From NCBI RefSeq assembly GCF_947500705.1, contig NZ_CANMSY010000008.1, positions 66,159-130,158 of the forward strand: a DNA stretch of 64,000 bases, read 5' to 3'. Below the pieces are notes generated by a model. It searched no databases, had not been told where the DNA came from, and saw only the letters and a list, made by a program, of their open reading frames with translations. Within the stretch, counting starts at the first letter, position 1; each line of letters begins with the position of its first letter. The translations under genes were made by a program, and so were the position numbers. Positions 9,904 to 19,303 of the stretch are shown piece after piece. Source of the DNA: an uncultured Brachybacterium sp. (GTDB taxonomy: Bacteria > Actinomycetota > Actinomycetes > Actinomycetales > Dermabacteraceae).

Positions 9904-11232
9904 TCAGTTGTCCTTCCGGGACACGGGGTGGGGAGAGAGAGGGGGCGTGCTGTGATCGAGTCGAACTGCCCGGGGGTTCTGGGACCGACCGTCTGCGAGG
10001 GCCATGAGCCACAGTTCCTCGGCACGCGCGGCGTAGGAGGCCGGGCTGTAGCGGGCCAAGGTGTCCTCCCGCAGACCGGGGACGGGGATCCGCTCGCCCT
10101 CGACGTGGGCGAGCACTGCGGCGTCCATCGCCGCAGTCAGCGCGCGCACGTCGCCGACCGGGACGATGACACCGCGGTCCGGGTCATCGGCGATCACATC
10201 ACGGGCTCCCCAGGTATCGGTGGCGATCACCGGTACGCCCATGCACAGCGACTCCGCCAGGACGATCCCGAAGGACTCCTGGGCGCTCGCGAGCACGAAC
10301 CGATCCGCAGTGGCCAGGAGCAGCGGGACGTCCTCGCGCCGGGTGCGTCCGACCAGAACGACATCCGACCCGGTCTGTGCGAGCACCCGGCCGCGATCCG
10401 GGATCCGGGACGCCACGGCGGTGCCGTGGCGGGCGGCGATCTCCCGAACCTGCTCCGGGCGCCCACCCGCGATGACCAGCTCGCTGGGATGTGCACCGCC
10501 GCGGGCACGGAAGGCGAGGATCAGATCGTCGACCCGTTTGATCCCGGCGAGATGGGAGAGGTGGACGAAACGCGTGACATCGCCGCTCGACCGGGACTGC
10601 ACGCCCGAGCTCTGGGCCGAGGTCGCCGCGACGAGATCCGCGGACACAGGGTTCGACAGAATCTGCACGCTTCCCTCAGGCAAGGAGTAGCGCTGCTCCA
10701 TCACCCGGGAGAGACCGTCGCTCACCGCGCTGAGGAGGTCGGCATCGGCGATGGCGGACCGGATCTGCGCCTCGAAGCGCGGCCTGCGCGTCGCCGTGAC
10801 GGAGGACGGCCGGTGCTCGGTGAGCAGCCAGGGCACGCCGAGGTCCCGCGCGACGGCACGGGCCACGATGGCACCTGGATGCACCGAATGAGCGTGGACC
10901 ACGTCGACGTCCTCGACGCGGGAGCGAACCACTCGCAGGGCGAGCGCGGCCAGAGCTCGGGCAGCCGGTCCGGGGATCCCCGGCAGCGGCACGGGCAGGC
11001 GGAGGCGCAGCACGCGCACGCCGCGCTCCTGGGCTTCGTCCAATCGCAGGGCCCGAGCCAGTGCTGGGCGGATGCTCGCCGGCTTGCGAGGATCAGGGGC
11101 CGTGATCTCGGCGGCGAGGACTGTGATCCGATGACCCGCGGAAGCGAGGATCTCGGCCTGCTCGCGGAAAAAGGTACCGCTGGGATCGTCAGCGTCGCGG
11201 GGGTACCACGAAGGGATCAGGAGTGCATGCAC
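9904..11232 (-). CDS. Glycosyltransferase family 4
   Basis: GTG start VHALLIPSWYP..GTFFREQA; HAHSVHPG, TEH and ESFGIVLAESLCMGVPVIAT. Confidence 0.82.
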   Translation of the reverse strand: MHALLIPSWYPRDADDPSGTFFREQAEILASAGHRITVLAAEITAPDPRKPASIRPALARALRLDEAQERGVRVLRLRLPVPLPGIPGPAARALAALALRVVRSRVEDVDVVHAHSVHPGAIVARAVARDLGVPWLLTEHRPSSVTATRRPRFEAQIRSAIADADLLSAVSDGLSRVMEQRYSLPEGSVQILSNPVSADLVAATSAQSSGVQSRSSGDVTRFVHLSHLAGIKRVDDLILAFRARGGAHPSELVIAGGRPEQVREIAARHGTAVASRIPDRGRVLAQTGSDVVLVGRTRREDVPLLLATADRFVLASAQESFGIVLAESLCMGVPVIATDTWGARDVIADDPDRGVIVPVGDVRALTAAMDAAVLAHVEGERIPVPGLREDTLARYSPASYAARAEELWLMALADGRSQNPRAVRLDHSTPPLSPHPVSRKDN

Positions 11233-11328
11233 CTGCGGCTCCCTACTGCGTCGGCTTCGAGGACGGCCTGCCCCGTCGTATCGTGGATCGTACTTCACCG
11301 CCCCACCCCGTCCTCTGAGAGGAGCACG

Positions 11329-13035
11329 ATGCCCACTGATCCGCCGCTCGCGCTCGACGACGCTCTGCTGCTGACGCGCGAGGGCTGGGTGCGCCGGGAC
11401 TCGGGTGCTGCCGTGCTGCTCGCGCTCGCGCCCCGGCTGCCACGGGCCGACGTGTCCAGGATCCTCGCTGCGGCGCCGTCCCCGCTGCACGCCCTCCGCG
11501 CCCTTGCGGAGCTCGGCGAGGCCGCCGTCATCGCGATCGGGGCCGAGGGCACGATCTCGCTGCTGACCGATGTGAACCGCTCGTTCCCCCTCTTCTGGCA
11601 GGCACGCGGCGCTGGCTGGGTCGCCTCTGACGACGTCCGCGTCCTCGCCGGTGACGCGAGCGGCGCGTACGAGGACGACGAACGGTCCGTACGGCAGTTC
11701 ACCGCCGGGGGCCTGGTCCTGGGGGATGCCACGCTCTATCTGGGCGTGCACCGCACTCCACCGGATGCCACGGTGCAGCTGCCTGCCGCCGGCGCGTGCT
11801 CCGGAGCGGCGGGGCCGGTGCTCAGCCGGCACGGTGACATCGCCCTGCCTGAGGAGGGGCCGGTGCGCACGGGCGCGGAAGCCGGCGCCGCCTTCCGAGA
11901 CGCCCTGCTGGAGTCGGTGGGCACCATGGTCGCCCGGGACCCCGGCGCCACCTATTTGCTCCCGCTGAGCGGCGGTGCCGATTCCCGCATGCTCGCGAGC
12001 GCGTTCGTGATCGCCGGTGCCCGGGACGTGCGGTGCTTCACCTATGGAGTGGCTCAAAAGGCCGAGGTCGCGGTCTCCCGTCGGGTGGCGGGGATGCTCG
12101 GACTCCCGTGGACCTTCCTCGCGACCCCTCCGGACCAGGTGCGCTCCGCCTGGCAGGAACGATCCACCGCGCGTTTCCTCGCGGACGCCTACACCGGCGC
12201 AGCACTCCCGCACATCCAGGACTGGTACGCGATGCGTCTGCTCGCCGCCGATCCCGAGGTACCCGGTGACGCGGTGGTCGTGCCCGGGCACACCGCGGTC
12301 CGGACGCTGAAGGACGCGGATCTCCTGGAGGCCGCGTCCGTCAGCCGCGACGAGCTGATCGACGCGATCATCCTGCGGCACTTCTCCCAGGCGGGTGCTC
12401 CCGGCCCCTTGCTCGACGATTCGGGCACCCGGGAACAGATCTCCGCCTCACTGGATCGGGTCGAGTACGACGGGTCCCCGCTGAGCAGGGCTCGCGCGCT
12501 GCAGGCGGTCAACATCGACGGACGCCAGAGCACCTACATCCTCAACTCGGTGCGCGGGTACGAGAGCTTCGGCTTTCGCTGGGCCATGCCGATGCTCGAT
12601 GCGCCGCTGCACCGCGTCACGAGCTCACTGCACTGGGAGCTCACCCGGGATCGTGACTGGTACCGGGCGATGACCGACGACGTCTTCGCCTCGGTCGTGG
12701 GTGAGCAGGCCGAGGAGCTGAGCTTCTGGGCACCGACGGAGATTCCCGTGCACAAGCGCGAACGGATGAAGGACGCACTGCGTCGGGTGGGGCTGCTCCG
12801 GCTCGCCGAGCATGTGGCCTCCAGCCGGACCAATCTGCGCCATCCGATGGCCTTCGAGGCCTTCGCCCCGAACCGCGCCGACTACGCGCGCCGGATCGCC
12901 CAGGGCTCGAGCCCGCTGGGAGTCTTCACCCGGGCGTTCCTCGCCGGGCGGTGGAACCGGTGGATGGACTGGCGCGTTCCCAGCACCTGGTCCACCCCTT
13001 CGGTCAGGGTCGTATCCGATCCCACTGGCGATTGA
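11329..13035 (+). CDS. Asparagine-synthase-like ATP-dependent amide ligase (PP-loop), no N-terminal Cys
   Basis: ATG after SD GAGAGGAG; LLPLSGGADSR PP-loop, CFTYG and EVAVSRRVA; degenerate Ntn-like N-terminus (DVNRSFPLFW). Confidence 0.75.
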   Translation: MPTDPPLALDDALLLTREGWVRRDSGAAVLLALAPRLPRADVSRILAAAPSPLHALRALAELGEAAVIAIGAEGTISLLTDVNRSFPLFWQARGAGWVASDDVRVLAGDASGAYEDDERSVRQFTAGGLVLGDATLYLGVHRTPPDATVQLPAAGACSGAAGPVLSRHGDIALPEEGPVRTGAEAGAAFRDALLESVGTMVARDPGATYLLPLSGGADSRMLASAFVIAGARDVRCFTYGVAQKAEVAVSRRVAGMLGLPWTFLATPPDQVRSAWQERSTARFLADAYTGAALPHIQDWYAMRLLAADPEVPGDAVVVPGHTAVRTLKDADLLEAASVSRDELIDAIILRHFSQAGAPGPLLDDSGTREQISASLDRVEYDGSPLSRARALQAVNIDGRQSTYILNSVRGYESFGFRWAMPMLDAPLHRVTSSLHWELTRDRDWYRAMTDDVFASVVGEQAEELSFWAPTEIPVHKRERMKDALRRVGLLRLAEHVASSRTNLRHPMAFEAFAPNRADYARRIAQGSSPLGVFTRAFLAGRWNRWMDWRVPSTWSTPSVRVVSDPTGD

Positions 13036-14113
13036 GGATGCCGCTGGCCGCGTGACGGGCCCGCTGCTCCCGGTCCAGCGCTCCACCGGGTCGCGCGGGC
13101 AGGAGTCGATCGACGATGCCCAGGCGGGACCAGTCACCGGCGATGCGGCTCTGCGCCTCGACGTCCGAGGTGGCGACGAGCTCGCGGATCAGGCGCTCCT
13201 CACCGCGAGAGAGCGCGTTCTGGATCGATGCCACCGCGAGCCAGGCGGACAGCTCCTCCTGGATCGCGAGCGCCCCGTCCGGGGTGAGGGTCTGCGCATG
13301 GCGCACCAGCGTGCCCAGCACGTCACGCCGCACGGTGCGGATCGCATACGCACGGCGGAACTCCTTCGGGGCCTTCGTGAACCACTCGCATCCTCGCAGT
13401 CCTTGCGCAGGCAGCAGCATCTCCTCGGCAGGGAAGCGGACGGCCTGGATCCGGTCCTCGGCTCCTGCGACCACGACATGACGCGGCATCGATGCGGGGG
13501 CGAGATCTATCCTGCGGGCGCGCAGGAAAGCCTTCGCGGTGAACTCGAGGTCCTCACCGTGCCGCAGGCCGTCGCGCATCCGGATCCCGTGGTCGCGCAA
13601 CAGCTGCGTGCGCAGCAGGAGCATCGGGCCGGTGCGGTAGCCGAGACGATCCGCGACCGGGTCCAGGCGACGCCGACGCCCGGGGCGCACATGCGGGATC
13701 GTCGCCTCGGAGGACTCCTCGGGCCGTTCATGGTCGACGGTGCGGGTGCGCATCATCATCACGTCGCCGCGCTCCTCACGGAGGGCGCCCGCCCAGGCGG
13801 TGAGCGCGCCCGCTTCGAAGAAGTCATCGGAGCCGAGCACGCAGGCGAACTCGGTGTCCACGGCGTCGAGGCCGCGGTTGAGGGGTCCGGCGGGCGAGGG
13901 GATCCCGTCGCGCAGCTCGACCAGCTCGATGTCCCCGGTCAGTCCGGCGAGCCGCTCCCTGATCGGGCCGGGCTCGGTGTTGTGGCAGACCACTATCGCT
14001 CGCGCACCGTCGGCCACGACGGAACCGACCGCGCGTTCGATGGGTCGGACCGGTGTGTGGACCGGGATGGCGACGCTGACATCCCGTGCATGCGCGTGCG
14101 AGGTGATCGTCAT
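13004..14113 (-). CDS. Glycosyltransferase family 2
   Basis: VSVAIPVH, PLNRGLDA, VLGSDDFFE and GLRHGEDLEF. Confidence 0.8.
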   Translation of the reverse strand: MTITSHAHARDVSVAIPVHTPVRPIERAVGSVVADGARAIVVCHNTEPGPIRERLAGLTGDIELVELRDGIPSPAGPLNRGLDAVDTEFACVLGSDDFFEAGALTAWAGALREERGDVMMMRTRTVDHERPEESSEATIPHVRPGRRRRLDPVADRLGYRTGPMLLLRTQLLRDHGIRMRDGLRHGEDLEFTAKAFLRARRIDLAPASMPRHVVVAGAEDRIQAVRFPAEEMLLPAQGLRGCEWFTKAPKEFRRAYAIRTVRRDVLGTLVRHAQTLTPDGALAIQEELSAWLAVASIQNALSRGEERLIRELVATSDVEAQSRIAGDWSRLGIVDRLLPARPGGALDREQRARHAASGILNRQWDRIRP

Positions 14114-14245
14114 CCCTGTCCCATCGTCATAAGGGCCACACCGGCTGTCACAGTGAGGTCACTGCTCCGGGTGGAGCACTACCTGCGTGGTAGTTTCTTC
14201 GATTGTGCCGCGCCATGGAAAAGGGTGATCGTCGAGGGGGTTGCA

Positions 14246-16258
14246 GTGCTCGAGCTGATCTCGTCCGCTCTCCCCTGGGCGTCTGCGATCGGCTGCACCC
14301 TAGCACTGCTGATTCTTCCCGGGTGGGGCGTCCTCGCCCTTGCTCGCGTGCCCATGCGCCGTCTGTACGGCGTCGCACCCCCGGTGACGCTCGCGATGCT
14401 CACCGTCATCGGCGCCCTCGCACATCTGGTCGGCATCCCGTTCGGACGACCGGTGGTCATGGCAGGGTTCCTGCTGATGTTCGCCCTGGCCGCGATACTC
14501 GGCCGGACCGTATGGCGTGAGACCTCAGCGCCCGAGCTGACCCCTACGGAACCGGCGGAGTCGGCATCCCGCCCGAGGTACCTCCGCATCGCCGCCTCCA
14601 TGGCACCCGCGCTGCTCGCGCTGCTCGTCGGGCTCGGCTGGGCCGTGCCGTCGGTACGGGCGATCGGCTCCGTCGACGAGCTCGCCCAGTCCTTCGACGC
14701 CTTCTTCCACCATTCGGCGATCCAGCAGCTGCGGGAGGGCGGCGATGCCTTCCCGCTGACGGCGCTGGCGCCGCTCTACCACGCCGAGACCGTCATGTAC
14801 CCGGTCGGCTGGCATTCTGTCGCAGCGCTCCTGCCCGGGGACACCACGGTCGCGGCGAACAGCCTCGTGGTCGCCACCCTGATGCTGCTGCCTCTGACGA
14901 TGCTGACGATGATGGATCAGGTGCTTCCCCCGGGTCGGGCTCGCCGCGTCTCGCTCACCGCCCTGATGTTCATGCCCGCGTTCCTGACCTTCCCGTCGGT
15001 GACGCTGCGCGCCGGGCTGTGGCCGTACAGCCTGGCTGCTGCCCTGCTGCCCGCGCTCATCGCAGCGCTCCTGCACATGCGCCACGGTCGCCGGGCCGAC
15101 GATCGGACGAGCCGCTCCGTGATCGTGCTGCTCGCAGTGATCGGTGGGACCGCGGCGACGCATCCCGCATTGGCCTTCGCTCTGCTGCTGATCGTTCCGG
15201 TGCTCGTGATCGACGCCATCGTACTGGTCCGAGACCCGGAGACCCGGCGACGCGGGGTGACCTTGCTGGTGGTCTACGGCGTCGCCGCTGTCGCCCTGCT
15301 GGGCGTCTCCTTGAGCAGGTTCGATTCGATGTCGACGTTCTTCGGTCGCATGTCCTCGAACAGTCCGCTGATGGCGCTCGGGATCGTCCTGACCGACCGG
15401 CCCGCATATCAGGCTCTGCCCTTCGCTCCTCTGCACGTGATCCTGCCCTGGATCTTCGCGGGCATCGGGGTGCTGGTGGGGATCCGGCGCCGTTCCGTTC
15501 CCGTGATCGGGATGACGATCGGTCTGGGCGCTGTGGTCCTGGTGATGACCTCTGCCCTCATCCCCGGTCCGCTCGGCCCGCTGCTGACCTGGCCCTGGTA
15601 CGGGGACCGGGAGCGCCTTGGTCCGGTGATGGTGATCGGGGTCATCGCCCTGGCCGGCGTCGGCCTGCAGGAGGTCGTGATCGTCGCCGAACGGCTGAGG
15701 CGACGGTCCTCGGAGCCCGGCTCCGGGCGGAGACGGGCCACCCCCGTGATCGCCCTGGTGCTCGTCGCCCTCGGCGCGACCGGCACGTTGACGAGCGGGC
15801 GTACCTCGATCCTCGCCGAGGCGACGTATCACCCGGAACGCAGCCCCTACAAGGTCTACGTGGCCGAGGCCGAGGAGGACTTCATCCGGGCCACCTCGCA
15901 GGAGCTGACCGCGGACGCTGTGGTCCTCGGCGATCCCCGCGACGGTACCTCGATGTTCTCTGCCCTCGGCGGGCACGAGGTCGTCTTCGCCTACCTCCAG
16001 CCCCCTCTCGACATCCCCCGCAAACGCGTGGCCCGGTACGCGGACCAGTACGAGGACGTCCCGCGGGTGTGCGCCGCGCTGGCCTCGACCGGAGCGAATT
16101 ATCTCTACCGCGACACCAGTGCGGATTCCGGTCGGAGCGGCGCCACCGCCGAGCAGAACGAGGAGTTCGCCGGCCTCAATGCCCTGGACACCTCCGAGCT
16201 CGAGCTGATCGCCCAGCATGGGCCCTACGCGCTGTACCGGCTCGACGTCACCTGCTGA
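14246..16258 (+). CDS. Second DUF6541-like polytopic membrane protein (putative GT-C)
   Basis: GTG after GAGGGGG; FDAFFHHSAIQQLREGG, YPVGWH, THP and WYGDRERL align by eye with 2209..4149 (WDTLYHLSALQRIRETG, YPAGFH, LHP, YYRGQDRL). Confidence 0.7.
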   Translation: MLELISSALPWASAIGCTLALLILPGWGVLALARVPMRRLYGVAPPVTLAMLTVIGALAHLVGIPFGRPVVMAGFLLMFALAAILGRTVWRETSAPELTPTEPAESASRPRYLRIAASMAPALLALLVGLGWAVPSVRAIGSVDELAQSFDAFFHHSAIQQLREGGDAFPLTALAPLYHAETVMYPVGWHSVAALLPGDTTVAANSLVVATLMLLPLTMLTMMDQVLPPGRARRVSLTALMFMPAFLTFPSVTLRAGLWPYSLAAALLPALIAALLHMRHGRRADDRTSRSVIVLLAVIGGTAATHPALAFALLLIVPVLVIDAIVLVRDPETRRRGVTLLVVYGVAAVALLGVSLSRFDSMSTFFGRMSSNSPLMALGIVLTDRPAYQALPFAPLHVILPWIFAGIGVLVGIRRRSVPVIGMTIGLGAVVLVMTSALIPGPLGPLLTWPWYGDRERLGPVMVIGVIALAGVGLQEVVIVAERLRRRSSEPGSGRRRATPVIALVLVALGATGTLTSGRTSILAEATYHPERSPYKVYVAEAEEDFIRATSQELTADAVVLGDPRDGTSMFSALGGHEVVFAYLQPPLDIPRKRVARYADQYEDVPRVCAALASTGANYLYRDTSADSGRSGATAEQNEEFAGLNALDTSELELIAQHGPYALYRLDVTC

Positions 16259-16341
16259 CCTGCCGCGCACGAAGTGCTCTCAGCACGCCTGCACCGCACG
16301 GGAGTCGATCGGCCCCGGAAGATGATCGGCGGTCGATCGGA

Positions 16342-16360
16342 CCGCGGTCGATGACCGCGG
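16342..16360. terminator. Hairpin between convergent genes
   Basis: CCGCGGTC-GAT-GACCGCGG perfect 8-bp stem; no clear U-tract. Confidence 0.4.
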
Positions 16361-16367
16361 CGCACGA

Positions 16368-17501
16368 TCAGCCGCGCCGGGCGATCGCGTCGACCGCGCT
16401 CTTCCAAGGCTCGACCACTGTTTCGGCGCCCACCTCGCGAGCGATCCGGTGCGAGGCGGCCTTGAACTCCTGCACGCCGTCCACGGTGAGCTCGTCGAAG
16501 GCGGCGGCCACGTCCTGCGCGGAGAATCCCCCGGCGACCAGACCAAGGCCGTAGGTGCGCACGTGATCGGCCATCTCGACGCTGGGCCCCACGACGAGGC
16601 CGAGCCGCGCCTGGGTGTAGTCGAAGATCTTGTTGGGGAGCGCCAGTTCATGGTTCATGTTCACCGGCGGGAGCACATGGACGCCGACGTCGTACGCGTT
16701 CAGGGTGTCCGCGAGGTCGCGGTACGGCACCGGGTCGTGCACGACCACGCGACCGCTCTTCCGGCCCTGCTCTCGCAGCTCATCGATATAGGCCGGATCG
16801 TTGGGGGCGAGGTACAGGTCCAGAGTGACGTCGGTGCGTGCCAGGGCGGTCGCCTCCACGATCAGGGCGAGGTCACGGTTGCGCAGCGCCGCCCCGGAGT
16901 GCACAAGACGGATCGGGCTGCTCACGGGCATCGGCTCGAGATCCGCCCGATGGGGGGCGGCGTTGGTGACCACCAGCACGTCGTGCCCGACCAGGCGACG
17001 ATACTCCCGGGCGATCGCCGCGGAGACGGTGCTGACCGAGGCCGCACGGCTCACGTGGCGCCTGACGAGCCACCGGAAGTACGGCGACACGAAACGTCGC
17101 CAGGTGGGGTTCTGCGCATGCAGGGCGGGGAAGAACTCGTGGAGGTCGACGTGGACTCGCTCCGGGGGCGCGATCTCGAAGGCGAGCAGCACGGTGTCGG
17201 CGTCATTGGCGATCACGACGTCCCAGGTGCCGCGCAGATGATCCCTGGCCCACGCGGGGCCCTGCTGCGACCAGTACACACGGCGGAACTGACGCAGGGC
17301 GGCGAGCTTGCCGTTGACCCGATTGATCGTCCTCTCGGGAACCTCGACGTGCTCATGGACGCCTTCGGGGGCCGGCCCGTAGCCGCAGGTCGTGATCCGG
17401 TAGTCCTCCCGCAGCAGTGCGATCTGCTTCAGGATGCGCGCATCCCGGGCGACCGGGGAGAAGGAGATGATCAGCAGCGAGGGATCCTGGGCGTCGGTCA
17501 T
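16368..17501 (-). CDS. Glycosyltransferase (GT-B/GT4-like)
   Basis: DARILKQ, VDLHEFFP, LVHSGAA and ALPNKIFDYTQARL. Confidence 0.8.
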   Translation of the reverse strand: MTDAQDPSLLIISFSPVARDARILKQIALLREDYRITTCGYGPAPEGVHEHVEVPERTINRVNGKLAALRQFRRVYWSQQGPAWARDHLRGTWDVVIANDADTVLLAFEIAPPERVHVDLHEFFPALHAQNPTWRRFVSPYFRWLVRRHVSRAASVSTVSAAIAREYRRLVGHDVLVVTNAAPHRADLEPMPVSSPIRLVHSGAALRNRDLALIVEATALARTDVTLDLYLAPNDPAYIDELREQGRKSGRVVVHDPVPYRDLADTLNAYDVGVHVLPPVNMNHELALPNKIFDYTQARLGLVVGPSVEMADHVRTYGLGLVAGGFSAQDVAAAFDELTVDGVQEFKAASHRIAREVGAETVVEPWKSAVDAIARRG

Positions 17502-19303
17502 CGCAGCGGCCTTCCGTCAGGGCCGACGAGGCCGGCCAGCTGTGCCTGCAGAGCGAAGGCCGGGACCTCGGCGACAAGTTCGTCGAAGCTCCCCACCTTC
17601 TCCACACGGGCGTTCTCCATGAAGCAGATCTGATCGAAATGGCGGATCGTCGAGAGGCGATGCGCGACCGCCACCACGGTGACCTCCCCATGGAGTGCAC
17701 CGATCGCCTGGGTGATCGCTTCCTCCGTGGTGGTGTCCAGTGCGCTGGTGGCCTCGTCCATCACGAGCACGAGCGGGTCGCTGTACAGCGCTCGGGCGAT
17801 GCCCAGGCGCTGGCGCTGACCACCGGAGAGGGCAAGTCCGCGTTCCCCGATCCGAGCGTTGATGCCACCAGGACGCTGGGCGACGGTCTCCGCCAGCTGC
17901 GCCTGTTCGAGGCACTGCATCACGCGATCCTCATCAGCGTCGTCGCCCCAGGTGAGGGCGACGTTCTGAGCGATGGTCGCATCGAAGAGGGCGACGTCCT
18001 GGGGGACGTATCCGACCCGGGAGCGCCATGCCTTCAGGACGTCCTGGAGATCCTTCCCGTCAACCTGGATGGAACCGTCGGTCGTGGTCAGCAAGCCGAG
18101 CAGGAGGTCGACGAGGGTCGACTTGCCGGCGCCGGACCGGCCCACCAGACCGAGCGAGGTGCCCAGCGGGATGGTGAGGTTCACGTCGCGCAGTGCGGCG
18201 TTGTCGCTGCCCGGGTAGGTGAAGCTGACATCTGAGAAGATCAGCTCGCGCGGACGCACCTCGAGCGGATCGGTACCCAGAACCTCCTGGTTCTCCCTGA
18301 ACTCCTCCGTCGTGTGGATGTCACGGATGACGGCCTCGGCGTGCGGGATCGCAGCTGCCGTGGTCGACATGAGGGTCTGGAACCGGACGATTGCCGGCAC
18401 GATGCGCAACCCGGCGATGCCGAAGAGGGCGACGGCGCTGAGGGCACCCGACAACCCGTCCCCGAGGTACGCGGTGACCCCGACCAGCACGAAGCCGATC
18501 ACGAGGGCGGACTCCACGATGAACTTCGGCACTGCGGCGAGGAACTGGAGGTTCGCACGTGCCCGTGTGGAGAAGGATCGGTTGTGCTGGATCACGTCGC
18601 CGACGTCGTCGAGCTTGTCCCGCAGGACGATCTCCTTGAGAGTTCCGACCATCTCGGTCATCAGGCGCGCGACGCGGAAGGAGTAGTCCCGGGAGACGCG
18701 ACCGGCCTGCAAAGAACGCCGGGTGATCACGAGGTAGAGGAAGAGGGCGACCACACCGAGATAGAGGACCGTGATCGCGGCCGTGGTGGGCTGGGCGATG
18801 AAAAGTACCAGGATCACGGCGAGGGTCGTGAAGATCTCGCCGGGGATCGAGGCGGCAGGTAGCAGCACGCCGGTCATGGTGTTGGCGATGCCGACGTCTG
18901 CCAGTCGCACCAGCTCCGCGGTGGAGCGGGAGAGGCGAGCGGTCCAGGACGCACGGATGTACGCCCCGAAGAGGCGGCCGCCGATCGCGAGCTCGTAGTT
19001 CCCCATGCGACGGGTAGCGACCCAGTTCCACGCGACCGCAATGATGCTCTTGAGGACCATAAGCCCGGTGGCCACGCCGAGAACGGCGACTGTCGCACCG
19101 CCCGATAACGTGCCGATCACCGGAAGGGAGACCGTCGTCTGGCCCCCGACCAGCGGTGACAGCACGGAGGCCAGCAAGCCGAGCGCCATGACATCGAGGA
19201 GCGCGAGCGAGCTCAGCGCCACTGCATAGATGCCGAGGAACCTCCGAGCGCCCTGTGGCAGCAGGGGCATCAGCTCGCTGACAGTGCGAAGAAGTCTCTT
19301 CAC
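17498..19303 (-). CDS. ABC exporter with fused TMD and NBD (MsbA/PglK-like glycan flippase)
   Basis: N-terminal TM helices; Walker A GRSGAGKST, YVPQD, signature LSGGQRQR and Walker B VLVMDEATSALD. Confidence 0.88.
   Translation of the reverse strand: MKRLLRTVSELMPLLPQGARRFLGIYAVALSSLALLDVMALGLLASVLSPLVGGQTTVSLPVIGTLSGGATVAVLGVATGLMVLKSIIAVAWNWVATRRMGNYELAIGGRLFGAYIRASWTARLSRSTAELVRLADVGIANTMTGVLLPAASIPGEIFTTLAVILVLFIAQPTTAAITVLYLGVVALFLYLVITRRSLQAGRVSRDYSFRVARLMTEMVGTLKEIVLRDKLDDVGDVIQHNRSFSTRARANLQFLAAVPKFIVESALVIGFVLVGVTAYLGDGLSGALSAVALFGIAGLRIVPAIVRFQTLMSTTAAAIPHAEAVIRDIHTTEEFRENQEVLGTDPLEVRPRELIFSDVSFTYPGSDNAALRDVNLTIPLGTSLGLVGRSGAGKSTLVDLLLGLLTTTDGSIQVDGKDLQDVLKAWRSRVGYVPQDVALFDATIAQNVALTWGDDADEDRVMQCLEQAQLAETVAQRPGGINARIGERGLALSGGQRQRLGIARALYSDPLVLVMDEATSALDTTTEEAITQAIGALHGEVTVVAVAHRLSTIRHFDQICFMENARVEKVGSFDELVAEVPAFALQAQLAGLVGPDGRPLR

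Noticed and set aside
9289-11328. 1248-aa, 1148-aa and 825-aa ORFs in the track (9289-13035, 12812-16258, 9904-12381)
   Set aside because: Only the 3' parts are real genes (starts 11329, 14246 and 11232); the upstream parts are antisense to other glycosyltransferase or ligase genes
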